This document shows, piece by piece, positions 9,772 to 19,794 of a DNA stretch of 64,000 bases (position 1 is its first letter; each line of letters starts with the position of its first letter). Below the pieces are notes generated by a model. That model saw only the letters and a program-made list of their open reading frames with translations, made no database searches and was not told where the DNA came from. The stretch is taken from NCBI GenBank assembly GCA_044226625.1, contig JBGAGQ010000010.1:32001-96000 (forward strand), written 5' to 3'. The stretch comes from Thermoanaerobaculia bacterium (GTDB lineage Bacteria > Acidobacteriota > Thermoanaerobaculia > Multivoradales > UBA5704). Made by a program: the position numbers and the translations under genes.

Positions 9772-9981
9772 GTTCTGTCACCTCCTTTCCTTAAAGGATT
9801 TCAAAGTGCGCAGCTCCGCCGGCTGGCGCGATCTAACGATTACGCGCCTTGGCGTTTCGCGCGGGTAAGACGCGGATACTTGTCTGCTGCTCTTGAGCCT
9901 GGAACGTACAGTAAGGGAGGTCAGATGCTGTTGGGTTGACTCAAGCTCTTGACGAAATCTCTTGCTATCTCTTCTTGGGGA

Positions 9982-10425
9982 TCAGCCGTTGGGGTTGGCG
10001 ATTCGCCCGCGGTGCTCCGAGGGAGCAACTCCAAAGCGACGATGAAAGGCCCGGCAAAACGTTTCTTGATGCTCATATCCAACGACGAGTGCAATCAGGT
10101 AGATGTCGATATCGCAACGTTCGAGGAGATGCCTTGCCGCCTCGAGTCGCAATTGCTCGATGTACTCTCGGATGCCGAGTCCTACGAATGTGCGAAATCG
10201 GGTCGAAATATTGTTGTTGCGGAGGCGACAGTCTCGCTTGACCGCGTTGACGTTCAAGGAGGGCTCGAATGGGCGACCGTGAATCAGGTCGAGAACCGCG
10301 GCGACTTCGCGGGGGAAGCTCTGCGAGAGGATCTGGTTCTGGGCGAACGCAAGGCGTAGCTCGCTCTCGATCCGCTCATAGTCGATGCCGAAGCGAGCTT
10401 TTCGTGCCGCACCGTCGAGCCGCAT
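9982..10425 (-). CDS. Stand-alone AraC-family HTH transcriptional regulator
   Basis: IREYIEQLRLEAARHLL..IALVVGYEHQETFCRAFHRRFGVAPSEHR AraC signature. Confidence 0.88.
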   Translation of the reverse strand: MRLDGAARKARFGIDYERIESELRLAFAQNQILSQSFPREVAAVLDLIHGRPFEPSLNVNAVKRDCRLRNNNISTRFRTFVGLGIREYIEQLRLEAARHLLERCDIDIYLIALVVGYEHQETFCRAFHRRFGVAPSEHRGRIANPNG

Positions 10426-10546
10426 TCAACCCCCAGTTCGATCCAGTCGCGGGAGGCGCCCACAGGTCAAAGTGCGTTACAGCACGTTTTCGTGACAACG
10501 GCCCGAAAAATATACCGCGATCATGAAACTTTGATGCACCAGGCCA

Positions 10547-12634
10547 TCAATCGACGGGTCTGCCGAATAGCGTCTCCCGTTCGAGCAACGGCCGGGTGAT
10601 CGCGTCCGCCCGGTCCCAAGCGCGGCGGACGTGCTCGCGGAGATCGGGCTCACGCAGAAGAGCGGAAACCTCGGCTCTTTTGAACAGCGCCATCGGTAGA
10701 TCGGGGTGGCGCGCGGGAAGACGGGCGATCGCGCGATCGAGGGCGTCGCGTGCGTCGGCGAAACGCCGGGCATCCATGGAGCAGACCCCTATCGCGAGAT
10801 CCTCGGCGAATCGATCCCCCAGGATTTCGCGAGAGCGCTCGAACGCCAGGAGCGCACCGGCGGTGTCGCCCATGGCCATCTTGAGCGTACCCAGACGCGA
10901 AAGCTCCGCGCCCGGCGCCCCTTTCTTTTCGATCACCCGCTCGAGCAGGCGAGCGGCTTCCGGAACGTTTCCTTCCCGCTCACGGATCGCGGCGAGCCCT
11001 TCGAGCGCGGCGAGGCGGTCGGGATCGGCCGCGAGCACGCTCTCGAGCAGCGGCGCCGCCTCTGTGTCATGGCCGAAGCGGAGGAGGTGGAGTCCCTCGT
11101 AGGCGCGCAGGTCGAGAGAATCGGGCCGTAGGCGCCGGGCCGCGGCGAACTGCTCGGCGGCCTTCGATTCCTTTCCGAGGATCGACCAGGCGACCGCGAG
11201 GCGAAGGCGCGCGGTCTGATTGTTCGGGTCTTTTGCCGCCACGCGGGTGAGCGGCTCGATCGCCCCGGCGTAATCCTCGCGGACGAAGCGCGCGGAGCCG
11301 AGGTCGAGGTCCCGAAAGAGATCGGTCCGGTCTTTGGGGCTCGGCGCGTCGGGCCGAACCTCCGCGGGTGCCTCGCTTCCGGCGACGTAGCCGAGGCTCG
11401 CGAGGCGCTTCCGATCCTCATCGGAGAGGTTCGCGTCGGAGGCCGACGGCGAGGTGGGAAGCTTCGCGAGATAGGCCGACAACGCGGCGGCCGCTTCGCG
11501 ATTCGGCTCGGTCCGCCCCGCGAGATTCGTCGACTCACGCGGATCGGCTGCGAGGTCGTAGATCTCTGTCGCGCCCGAGCGGATCAGCTTGAGCTTGCCC
11601 TCGACCGCCATCGCCTGGGGCTGCCAGCCGTAGTCGAGGAACGGCATCATCGCCTCGCCAAGCACGATCTCCGGTCGAGGCGCGGCAGGCGCGGCGAGGC
11701 CCGCGTCCGTCCGCCCAAGCCCGGCGAAGGCGAGGATCGTGTCGAAGACTCTTCGGGTGGAGACCGGCTCGTCGCGCGCGCCCGGTGCAAGGCCCTCGCT
11801 CGCCGCGATCACTAGCGGCACGCGCATCGTCCCCTGGTAGAGCAAGTGGCCATGGAACGCCTCGCCGTGCTCGCCGCGCCCTTCGCCATGATCGCCGACG
11901 ACGATCGCGCGCCAGCCGGTCGGTGCCGCGCTCTTCTCGAGCTCGGTGAGCAAACGGCCGAGCTGCTCGTCCATCGCGGCGATCTCACCCAGGTAGGGAT
12001 CCTTGGCGTAGCGCGAGCGGTACGGCTCGGGCGGCTCGTACGGATCGTGCGGGTCGTAATAGTGGACCCAGAGAAAGACCGGCGAGCCGGCGGCCGGCGC
12101 GTTCGACCGAAGGAAGGCGAGCGCGCGATCCGTGGTGGCCGCGGCGGGACGCTCGGCCTTTCCGGCGCCGAAATCGTCGTCGTAGGTCTCGAAGCCCGCG
12201 CCGAGCCCGAAAGCACGCGCGAGCGGGAATCCGGAGACGAACGCCGCCGTGCGATAGCCAGCCTTCGCGAGCCGCGCGGCGAGCGGCTCGCGATCGGCAG
12301 GAACGGCGAGCGAGCGTCCGTTTTCGCGCACGCCGTGCTCGTTCGGATAGAGCCCGGAGAGCATCGAGCCGTGGGACGGGAAGGTCTGCGGCGCCGTCGC
12401 GTAGGCCTGGAAGAAACGGAGCCCTCGCGCGGCGAGCGCGTCGAGGTTCGGCGTCGTGGGAGCCTTCGATTCGTAGCCCACGGCGTCGGCGCGCGTGGTG
12501 TCGAGCGTCACGAGCAGGATCGACGGTGCCGGCTTCCCGGCGCCTTCTGCGCCCGCGCCGGATTCCTCGCCCTTGGAGCAGCCGAGCGGCACCCAGACAA
12601 CGACCGGAAGAAGAATGGCGGCGAGGAGTTTCAT
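10547..12634 (-). CDS. Sulfatase-like (alkaline phosphatase superfamily) hydrolase with C-terminal TPRs, probable lipoprotein
   Basis: Start MKLLAAILL..LGC at 12634. LVTLDTTRAD, TFPSH, HYYDPHDPY, GDHGE motifs. Confidence 0.88.
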   Translation of the reverse strand: MKLLAAILLPVVVWVPLGCSKGEESGAGAEGAGKPAPSILLVTLDTTRADAVGYESKAPTTPNLDALAARGLRFFQAYATAPQTFPSHGSMLSGLYPNEHGVRENGRSLAVPADREPLAARLAKAGYRTAAFVSGFPLARAFGLGAGFETYDDDFGAGKAERPAAATTDRALAFLRSNAPAAGSPVFLWVHYYDPHDPYEPPEPYRSRYAKDPYLGEIAAMDEQLGRLLTELEKSAAPTGWRAIVVGDHGEGRGEHGEAFHGHLLYQGTMRVPLVIAASEGLAPGARDEPVSTRRVFDTILAFAGLGRTDAGLAAPAAPRPEIVLGEAMMPFLDYGWQPQAMAVEGKLKLIRSGATEIYDLAADPRESTNLAGRTEPNREAAAALSAYLAKLPTSPSASDANLSDEDRKRLASLGYVAGSEAPAEVRPDAPSPKDRTDLFRDLDLGSARFVREDYAGAIEPLTRVAAKDPNNQTARLRLAVAWSILGKESKAAEQFAAARRLRPDSLDLRAYEGLHLLRFGHDTEAAPLLESVLAADPDRLAALEGLAAIREREGNVPEAARLLERVIEKKGAPGAELSRLGTLKMAMGDTAGALLAFERSREILGDRFAEDLAIGVCSMDARRFADARDALDRAIARLPARHPDLPMALFKRAEVSALLREPDLREHVRRAWDRADAITRPLLERETLFGRPVD

Positions 12635-12719
12635 GCGCGGGTCGAGCCGCGCCGGAGTATACGGCCCGGCAGCCGGCGCTAGAATCTCGCGCGAACCGCC
12701 CCCCAAGGAGCCGAGCACC

Positions 12720-13814
12720 ATGCCGAGCCAGCTGAGCCGCCGCGATCTCGCCGGATTTCTCGCCGCCCTTCCTCTCGCCGGTCTCGCTCCGCGCGTCGCC
12801 GCGGCGGCCGAGAAGGAAGCGCGGAAACCGGTGTCGAAACCGGCCCCGGATGCGAAAGGCCCGAAGCCGATCCTCAAGCCGGCGAAGCTCTCGCCCGGCG
12901 ACACGGTGGGGATGATCCTTCCGGCGACGCTCGAGTTCACTCCGAGCCTGATCGACCTGGGCAAAGAGCAGCTGGAGGCCCTCGGCTTCAAGGTGAAGAT
13001 CGGCGCACACGCCCGCGACCGTTACGGCTCGTTCGCCGGGACCGACGCGAACCGCGCCGCCGACGTCAACGGGATGTTCGCCGATCCGGAGGTGAAGGGG
13101 ATCTTCTGTTACGCCGGAGGGTGGGGGACGCCGCGCCTCCTTCCACTTCTCGATTTCGAGCTGATCCGGAAGAACCCGAAGGTGCTGGTCGGCTACAGCG
13201 ACATCACGGCGCTCTTGAACGCGATCCGGCAGGAGACCGGGCTCGTCACCTTCCACGGCCCGGTCGCGGCCTCCAATCTGCGCCCCTACTCGGTCGACAA
13301 CCTTCGACGCGCCGTGATGTCCACCGAGCCGCTCGGCCTCCTCGAAAACCCGCCCAAGGAGGACGACGAGCTGGTCGCTCGCACGTTCCGCCTGCGGAAG
13401 ATCCGCGGCGGCAGGGCGCGCGGCCGACTGGTCGGCGGCAACCTCACGCTGTTTTCCGCGCTCCAGGGGACGCCCTGGCAGATCGACACCCGGGGCGCGA
13501 TCGTCTTGCTCGAGGACATCCACGAGGCGCCCTATCGGGTCGATCGGATGCTCACCCAAATCGCCCAGGGAGGGGCTTTCGAGCACGCCGCGGCGGTCGT
13601 CTTCGGCTACTGCACCGAGTGCGATGCGGATGGCCCCGTTTCGTTCAACATCGAGGAGATCCTCGACGACCACCTCGCCGGCCTCGGGATCCCCGTTCTC
13701 TCCGGCCTCGCCTTCGGCCACTTGCCGAAGATGCTCACCCTACCGCTCGGCCTCGAGGCGGATCTCGACGTCGACGCCGGGACGATCTCGATCGCCGAGG
13801 CGGCGGTGGTTTGA
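12720..13814 (+). CDS. LD-carboxypeptidase (peptidase S66), Tat-exported
   Basis: Start MPSQLSRRDL after AAGGAG. GYSDIT, GGNL, LLEDI, FGH catalytic motifs. Confidence 0.92.
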   Translation: MPSQLSRRDLAGFLAALPLAGLAPRVAAAAEKEARKPVSKPAPDAKGPKPILKPAKLSPGDTVGMILPATLEFTPSLIDLGKEQLEALGFKVKIGAHARDRYGSFAGTDANRAADVNGMFADPEVKGIFCYAGGWGTPRLLPLLDFELIRKNPKVLVGYSDITALLNAIRQETGLVTFHGPVAASNLRPYSVDNLRRAVMSTEPLGLLENPPKEDDELVARTFRLRKIRGGRARGRLVGGNLTLFSALQGTPWQIDTRGAIVLLEDIHEAPYRVDRMLTQIAQGGAFEHAAAVVFGYCTECDADGPVSFNIEEILDDHLAGLGIPVLSGLAFGHLPKMLTLPLGLEADLDVDAGTISIAEAAVV

Positions 13815-14037
13815 GGCAGTAGGCCCTTCGGCCGGCCGGGGATCGGGACCCCCACGCCGGCCGCGCGGCATGGTATCTTCCGCAGAGCATTTCTCAGGTC
13901 ATTTCTCGCGCAGCCGGCAGGCGAAGCTTGCCGCCCAGGTTGGCCCCCCGCCCCGGATTAAAGTCGTCTGGCTCGCGGCGGACCGCCGCGGCATCGGGCT
14001 CCATTTGCGGTTTTCGCGCGAATAGGGGGTCTCTCCG

Positions 14038-16941
14038 ATGAAGAAGTTCTTTGCCGCTCTCCTCGTTCTCCTAGCAGTGGGCTTCGCCGGCTCGGCCGCG
14101 TTCGCCCAGCAGACCGGCTCGATCGAGGGCAAGGTCACCCTCGCCGACGGTTCGGCGGTCGCCGGGGTGGCCGTCGAGGCCCGCTCCGCGGTCCTGCCGC
14201 AGGCGCGCACGACGGTGACCAATGCCGCGGGCGAGTACCGACTGCCGCTCCTGCCGCCGGGCGATTACGAGATCACTTTCAAGCTCGGCGACCTGGCGCC
14301 CGCGAACGAGAAGGCCCTCGTGCTCCTCCAGCAGACGACGGTCAAGAACGTGACGCTGTCGCCCGAGGCCGTGACCGAGGCGATCGAAGTGGTCGCCGAA
14401 GGGTCGCCGACGGTCGACACCACCTCGTCCGAGCTCAAGACCGCGATCTCGAACGGGACGATCGACGCCCTGCCGGTCGGCCAGGACTATCGCGACCTGA
14501 TCAAGCTGATCCCCGGCGTCCAGTACACCGAGGACAACGTGCGCGGTCCGAGCGCGGGAGGCAGCGGCCAAGACAACGCTTACCAGTTCGACGGCGTCAA
14601 CGTCGCGCTGCCGCTGTTCGGAACCCTCTCCGCCGAGCCGTCTTCTTACGACATCGACCAGATCGCGATCGTCAAGGGGGGCGCGAACGCGGTCGATTTC
14701 AACCGCTCCGGCGGATTCACCATCAACTCGGTGAGCAAGTCGGGCACGAACAGCTACCACGGCCAGGCGAGCTATCAGGTCCAGCCGAAGAGCACCACCA
14801 GCTCGCGCGAGAACCAGGGGAACACCTCGGTCTTCGAAGACGACAAGGACTGGGCGACGCTCTCGGCCGGCGGACCGGTGGTCCGCGACCGGCTGTTCTT
14901 CTACGGCTCCTATTACCGGCCGACGGTGCAGCGGAACAACACCGCGAACGCATACGGCTCGGTACCCGATTTCAAGAGCACCCGCGACGAATACTTCGGC
15001 AAGCTGTCGTACACCCCGCTGCCGAACCTATCGCTCCATGGCAGCTACCGCGACTCGTCGCGCGAGAACGAGGTCACCTCGGTGGGCGCGTTCGCCGCCG
15101 CCTCGACGTCGCTCGGCGAAGAGGCGTCGCTCGGCATCGCGATCGCCGAAGGCTCCTGGATCGTGAACGACAAGAGCTTCGCGAGCTTCAAGTACACCGA
15201 TTTCTCGAACGAGACCTCGTCGCGGCCGGACGTCCGCTTCGGCTTCACCCCCGCCGCCGGTCAGCGGCTCGACATCGCGAACCTCGAGAAGCAGGGTCTC
15301 TTGAACGTGCCGCTGCCGATCGCCGGGCAGACGGCCTTCAACGCGTTCATCGCCCCGCTGATCCAGCGCTACGGTTTCGACCGCAACGGCGTTCGGCTGG
15401 GCGGCGGCCAGGTCGGTGGCGGCAGCACTGTGACCGCGAACGACTTCTTCCGCAAGAGCTATCAGGGCGGCTGGAACTTCCTGTTCGGCCAGAAGGTGAG
15501 TCACGAGATCCACCTCGGCTACAAGTACTCGAAGGACGAGGAGGATCTGCAGCGGACGAGCAACGGCTACGGCTCGATCAGCGTTCCCGGCGGGCGCACC
15601 TCGTTCAACGGCCGTCCGGTGTTCTTCGAGGCGGCGGTCGATCAGATGGGCCTTCCCGGCGGCGTGCCGCGCATCCACTCCGAGTTCGTCTCGCACAGCG
15701 TCGAGATCAACGACCAGATCCGGCTCGCCAACTGGACGTTCAACCTCGGCATCCTCGCGAGCAACGACATCTTCTACGGCCAGGGACTGCGGGAAACCTC
15801 GGGCAACCTCTCCGGTTTCGCGCTCGCGCCCGGCAACAAGTACAAGATGTACGACATCGGCTTCTCCGACATGATCCAGCCGCGTCTCGGCGCGACCTGG
15901 GCCTACAACGGACGCGACACGCTGTTCGTCAACTACGCCCGCTACAACCCACCGGCGAGCTCGCTGCCGCGTGCCGCCGCCTGGGATCGGAACCTCGCCC
16001 GCACCATCCGCTTCTTTTTCGCCGCGGACGGCAGCTACATCGGCAACGAGCCTCTCGCCTCGTCCTCGGGCAAGTTCTTCGACGACGACCTCGATCCGCG
16101 GCGGGTGGAGGAGTTCCTGATCGGCACCTCGCGCCAGCTCTCGGCCCATTGGGTGGGCCGGGCGCACGCCCGGTATCGCTACGCCAACAACTTCTGGGAA
16201 GACACCAACAACGACGCGCGGATCGCCTTCAACGCGCCGGCTGGCATCCCGCGCGAGCTGTACGTGCCGAACCTCTCCCAGGTGCAGCGCGAGATCGGCG
16301 GCTCGTCCTACGTGATCGCCGAGCTCGACGGCGCGTTCACCAAGTACTACGAGGCGAGCGTCGAGAGCGAGTACCGGGGTAAGAACACCTACCTGCGCGC
16401 CTCCTACGTCTGGAGCCATTACTACGGCAACTTCGACCAGGACAATACGACCACCGAGAACGACCAGTCGATCTTCATCGGTTCGTCCAACCTGGCCGAC
16501 GGCGCGGGACGCCAGCTTTGGAATCTGAAATACGGCAACCTGCGCGGCGACCGCCGCCACCAGCTGAAGCTCTACGGCTCCTACGACCTCGCCTGGAAGG
16601 CGACCGTCGGCGCGTACGCGATCTACCAGTCGGGCCAGCCGTGGGAGACCTGGGACGTCGAGGTCTACCGCGCGCTCACCACCAGCACGAGCGACGTGAA
16701 CCGGAACGCCGAACCGGCGGGCTCGCGCAACACCGACGCCCATTACCAAGTCGACCTGAACTACACCCAGAACTTCTCGTTCGGCCGCTACAACGTTCAG
16801 CTGCGCGCCGACCTGTTCAACGTCACGAACAACCAGACCGGGTACAACATCCAGAACCAGAAGCACTCGGCGGGCTTCGGCACGCCGCGTACCTTCTACG
16901 ATCCGAGGCGACTGCAGATCGGCGTGAAGTTCGAGTTCTAG
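14038..16941 (+). CDS. TonB-dependent receptor (Oar-like) with carboxypeptidase-regulatory-like N-domain
   Basis: 967 aa. Signal peptide, GSIEGKV..GEYRL..LPPGDYEI, plug-like GGFTINSVSKSG, C-terminal PRRLQIGVKFEF. Confidence 0.92.
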   Translation: MKKFFAALLVLLAVGFAGSAAFAQQTGSIEGKVTLADGSAVAGVAVEARSAVLPQARTTVTNAAGEYRLPLLPPGDYEITFKLGDLAPANEKALVLLQQTTVKNVTLSPEAVTEAIEVVAEGSPTVDTTSSELKTAISNGTIDALPVGQDYRDLIKLIPGVQYTEDNVRGPSAGGSGQDNAYQFDGVNVALPLFGTLSAEPSSYDIDQIAIVKGGANAVDFNRSGGFTINSVSKSGTNSYHGQASYQVQPKSTTSSRENQGNTSVFEDDKDWATLSAGGPVVRDRLFFYGSYYRPTVQRNNTANAYGSVPDFKSTRDEYFGKLSYTPLPNLSLHGSYRDSSRENEVTSVGAFAAASTSLGEEASLGIAIAEGSWIVNDKSFASFKYTDFSNETSSRPDVRFGFTPAAGQRLDIANLEKQGLLNVPLPIAGQTAFNAFIAPLIQRYGFDRNGVRLGGGQVGGGSTVTANDFFRKSYQGGWNFLFGQKVSHEIHLGYKYSKDEEDLQRTSNGYGSISVPGGRTSFNGRPVFFEAAVDQMGLPGGVPRIHSEFVSHSVEINDQIRLANWTFNLGILASNDIFYGQGLRETSGNLSGFALAPGNKYKMYDIGFSDMIQPRLGATWAYNGRDTLFVNYARYNPPASSLPRAAAWDRNLARTIRFFFAADGSYIGNEPLASSSGKFFDDDLDPRRVEEFLIGTSRQLSAHWVGRAHARYRYANNFWEDTNNDARIAFNAPAGIPRELYVPNLSQVQREIGGSSYVIAELDGAFTKYYEASVESEYRGKNTYLRASYVWSHYYGNFDQDNTTTENDQSIFIGSSNLADGAGRQLWNLKYGNLRGDRRHQLKLYGSYDLAWKATVGAYAIYQSGQPWETWDVEVYRALTTSTSDVNRNAEPAGSRNTDAHYQVDLNYTQNFSFGRYNVQLRADLFNVTNNQTGYNIQNQKHSAGFGTPRTFYDPRRLQIGVKFEF

Positions 16942-16968
16942 CGGTTCGCCTGGCGGTTCGATCTGCGG

Positions 16969-16996
16969 CGCCCCGGCCTTGCGGCCGGGGCGTTTT
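16969..16996 (+). terminator. Rho-independent terminator
   Basis: CGCCCCGGCC-TTGC-GGCCGGGGCG followed by TTTT. Confidence 0.75.
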
Positions 16997-17077
16997 CGCG
17001 TTTGGGGCGCTTCTCTCGAATCACCGTCTGCCGCGATCGCAGCCCCGCAATCAACCCGCGGGACCAACCCGCCGTGA

Positions 17078-18658
17078 TCAGGTCGCCGGAACCATCCTGC
17101 CGACCGCCGGCGGCGCGATCGTTTTCGCCGCGCGGACGTGGTCCATGACGACGTCGCTCACCAGGGCGTCGCGCCCCGTCTCCTTGCCGCGCAGGAAGGC
17201 GCCGTAGAGATCGCCCCCTTCGGCGAGGAAGCTGTTCGTCGCCACCCGATAGGTCCGCTCGAGGTCGAGCGGGCGGCCGCCCACCTCCACCGGTCCCAAC
17301 CGTTGGCCGGCCGGCGCTTTCGGGTCGTAATGGGCTCGTACGCCGGAGATCTGAACCATGCCGCGTTCGAGCGTGCAACCCTGCTCGAGGATTTCGCGCA
17401 GCTCGTGGCCGCGAAGCTCCAGGGCGACAGCGGCGTTCACGAACGGCAGGGCGTCGAGGACGTGCGAGCGGTCGATCGATCCGACCGGCAGGTCGGCCCG
17501 CAGGCCGCCGGCGTTGGTGATCCCGACCTCACACTCCATGCGCTCGCGCAGCACGTCGGCGACGAAGTTTCCGAGCGGGGACTCGTGATGGTAACGGCGC
17601 ACGAAACGCTCGGTCGCCCGGCCGAACGCCGGTCCGATCTCGGGTGCCACCACCCGGCGGTAGTGCTGGATCCGGTCCGCCACCCGCGGGTGCGCTGGCA
17701 GCTCGTCGCTCCGCACCTCGAGCAGCGAGCCGCGATGCCCGACGACCTTGCGGTCCGCGATCGACAGGTCGAGCACGCCGAGCCGGGTTCCGTAGCCGTA
17801 GGTTTGGACCAGAAGCGTGCCGCTCTCGGGATGGACCAGCGGCTGCTCCAATCCGCGATGCGAGTGGGCCGCGACGTAAACGTCCACCCCTCGGACCGCG
17901 CCGCAGAACCGAAGATCCGCGTCGATCGACCGCTGGACCTCCGGATCGTTTTCGGCGTCGGTCTGCATCGGCCCGGTGAGTCCCTGATGGCCGAGGACGA
18001 CGACGAGATCCACGGTGTCCCGCACCAAGTCGACGCAGGCGCGGGTCTCGGCGGCCGGATCGGTGAACTCGAGCTCCGCCACCTTGGACGGCAGCACGAC
18101 GCTTCGCGCGTCGAGGCCGATCACGCCGATCACCGCGAGCCGCGTGCCGTTACGTTCGATCAGCGTGTAAGGCCGGCAGAAGCGGTGCCCCGAGTCCTTG
18201 TAGCGGATGTTGCAGCAGACGATCGGGAACGGCACCCGGTTGGCCTGCGTGTCGAAGATCTGCCAGCCGTAATCGAACTCGTGGTTGCCGACCCCCATTG
18301 CGTCGTAGCGCATCAGGCTCATCAGCTCCATGAGCGCCTCGCCGCGGGTGAGGAAGGAGAGGGTGCCGGTGAACATGTCGCCCGAGTCGAGCAGAAACGA
18401 GGTCCCCGCCGCCGCGCGCTGTTGCTCGACCAGGGTCGCGAGGTGGGCTGCCCCTCCCAGGTGCGGCGAGCCCGCGCGCCAGTAGGCGGGGATCGGCTCG
18501 AACGCGCTGTGGAAGTCGTTGGTGTAGAGGAGGCGGATCGAATGCGCGCCCCCGCCGAGCTTGCCGACGTCCGCCCGGAGCTCGCCGAGCGCCGCGTACA
18601 TGCCGAACGGCGCGAGCCCGGCCATTTTCAGGAACCGCCTGCGATCGAAGGTCGCCAT
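17078..18658 (-). CDS. Bifunctional metallophosphatase/5'-nucleotidase, Tat-exported
   Basis: Start MATFDRRRFLK at 18658. TNDFH, DSGD, GNHEFD, NAGGLRA, GGDLY motifs. Confidence 0.92.
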   Translation of the reverse strand: MATFDRRRFLKMAGLAPFGMYAALGELRADVGKLGGGAHSIRLLYTNDFHSAFEPIPAYWRAGSPHLGGAAHLATLVEQQRAAAGTSFLLDSGDMFTGTLSFLTRGEALMELMSLMRYDAMGVGNHEFDYGWQIFDTQANRVPFPIVCCNIRYKDSGHRFCRPYTLIERNGTRLAVIGVIGLDARSVVLPSKVAELEFTDPAAETRACVDLVRDTVDLVVVLGHQGLTGPMQTDAENDPEVQRSIDADLRFCGAVRGVDVYVAAHSHRGLEQPLVHPESGTLLVQTYGYGTRLGVLDLSIADRKVVGHRGSLLEVRSDELPAHPRVADRIQHYRRVVAPEIGPAFGRATERFVRRYHHESPLGNFVADVLRERMECEVGITNAGGLRADLPVGSIDRSHVLDALPFVNAAVALELRGHELREILEQGCTLERGMVQISGVRAHYDPKAPAGQRLGPVEVGGRPLDLERTYRVATNSFLAEGGDLYGAFLRGKETGRDALVSDVVMDHVRAAKTIAPPAVGRMVPAT

Positions 18659-18794
18659 CCGGACATCTCCTCGGGACGAAAGTGGGGGAGGGTGCGCCGA
18701 GATCATAGGCCGGTCGAGGCGCCTGGAACAGATCGCCGATTCGCTTTGTTCAGCTATGAAGCACGTCGTTTTACCGCACCCGAGGAGGTTCCCG

Positions 18795-19694
18795 ATGTCC
18801 ATTCGACCCGTCAAGCAGCTCTCCCACGCCACCCCGACTCTCGAAGGGGCGGGCGTCCATCTCCGCCGCGCGTTTGGCTTCGGCAACACCGATGCGACCG
18901 ATCCGTTCCTGCTGTTCGACGACTTCCGCAATGAGCGGCCGGCCGACTACCGCGCGGGCTTCCCCTGGCATCCGCACCGGGGGATCGAGACGATCACCTA
19001 TGTGCTCGCCGGAAGCGTCGACCATCAGGATTCTCTCGGCAACGCCGGCTCGCTCGGCGCGGGCGACGTGCAGTGGATGACCGCCGGCCGCGGCATCCTC
19101 CATCAGGAGATGCCGCAGGGGGACATCGGCGGGCGGATGCACGGCTTCCAGCTTTGGGCGAACCTGCCGTCGTCGCTCAAGATGACCGCGCCGCGCTATC
19201 AGGACGTGACGTCGAAGGACATCCCGGAGGTCACCGACGACGACGGCACGAAGGTCCGCGTCGTCTGCGGCGAGTTCTGGGGGGTCTCCGGCCCGGTCGA
19301 CGGCATCGCGGCCGACCCGCGCTATCTGGACGTTTGGGTTCCCCCTGGCCGGAAGAAGACGCTGCCGGTCGAGACGACCTGCCACGCCTTCGCCTATGTG
19401 TTCGACGGGACGGGGAAGTTCTTGAACGCCTCGGATCCGCTGCCCGTGGCGACGGAGGACCTCGAAAGCGGCGAGATCACCCGGAGCACGGACGTCGCGA
19501 ACCGCAACCTAGTGCTGTTCGACCGCGGCGACGAGGTTGTGGTCCAAGCGGGCGAGGGGGGCCTTCGGTTCCTCCTCGTCTCCGGGAAACCCCTGGGTGA
19601 ACCGATCGCCTGGCATGGCCCGATCGTCATGAACACGCAGGCGGAGATCCAGCGCGCGCTCTCCGATCTGCGCAACGGGACTTTCTTGGGTTGA
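18795..19694 (+). CDS. Pirin family protein
   Basis: ATG after GAGGAGG. DPFLLFD, HPHRGIET, QWMTAGRGILHQE, GPIVMN. Confidence 0.95.
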   Translation: MSIRPVKQLSHATPTLEGAGVHLRRAFGFGNTDATDPFLLFDDFRNERPADYRAGFPWHPHRGIETITYVLAGSVDHQDSLGNAGSLGAGDVQWMTAGRGILHQEMPQGDIGGRMHGFQLWANLPSSLKMTAPRYQDVTSKDIPEVTDDDGTKVRVVCGEFWGVSGPVDGIAADPRYLDVWVPPGRKKTLPVETTCHAFAYVFDGTGKFLNASDPLPVATEDLESGEITRSTDVANRNLVLFDRGDEVVVQAGEGGLRFLLVSGKPLGEPIAWHGPIVMNTQAEIQRALSDLRNGTFLG

Positions 19695-19794
19695 GCCCCC
19701 CGTAAGGGGAGGCCCTTTTCTCCCGGCTCTCACCCCGGGGGGCGGGGGAAGGCCCGAGGCGGAGCGCTACGATCGCCCGCGAGGGTCTTCCCCC

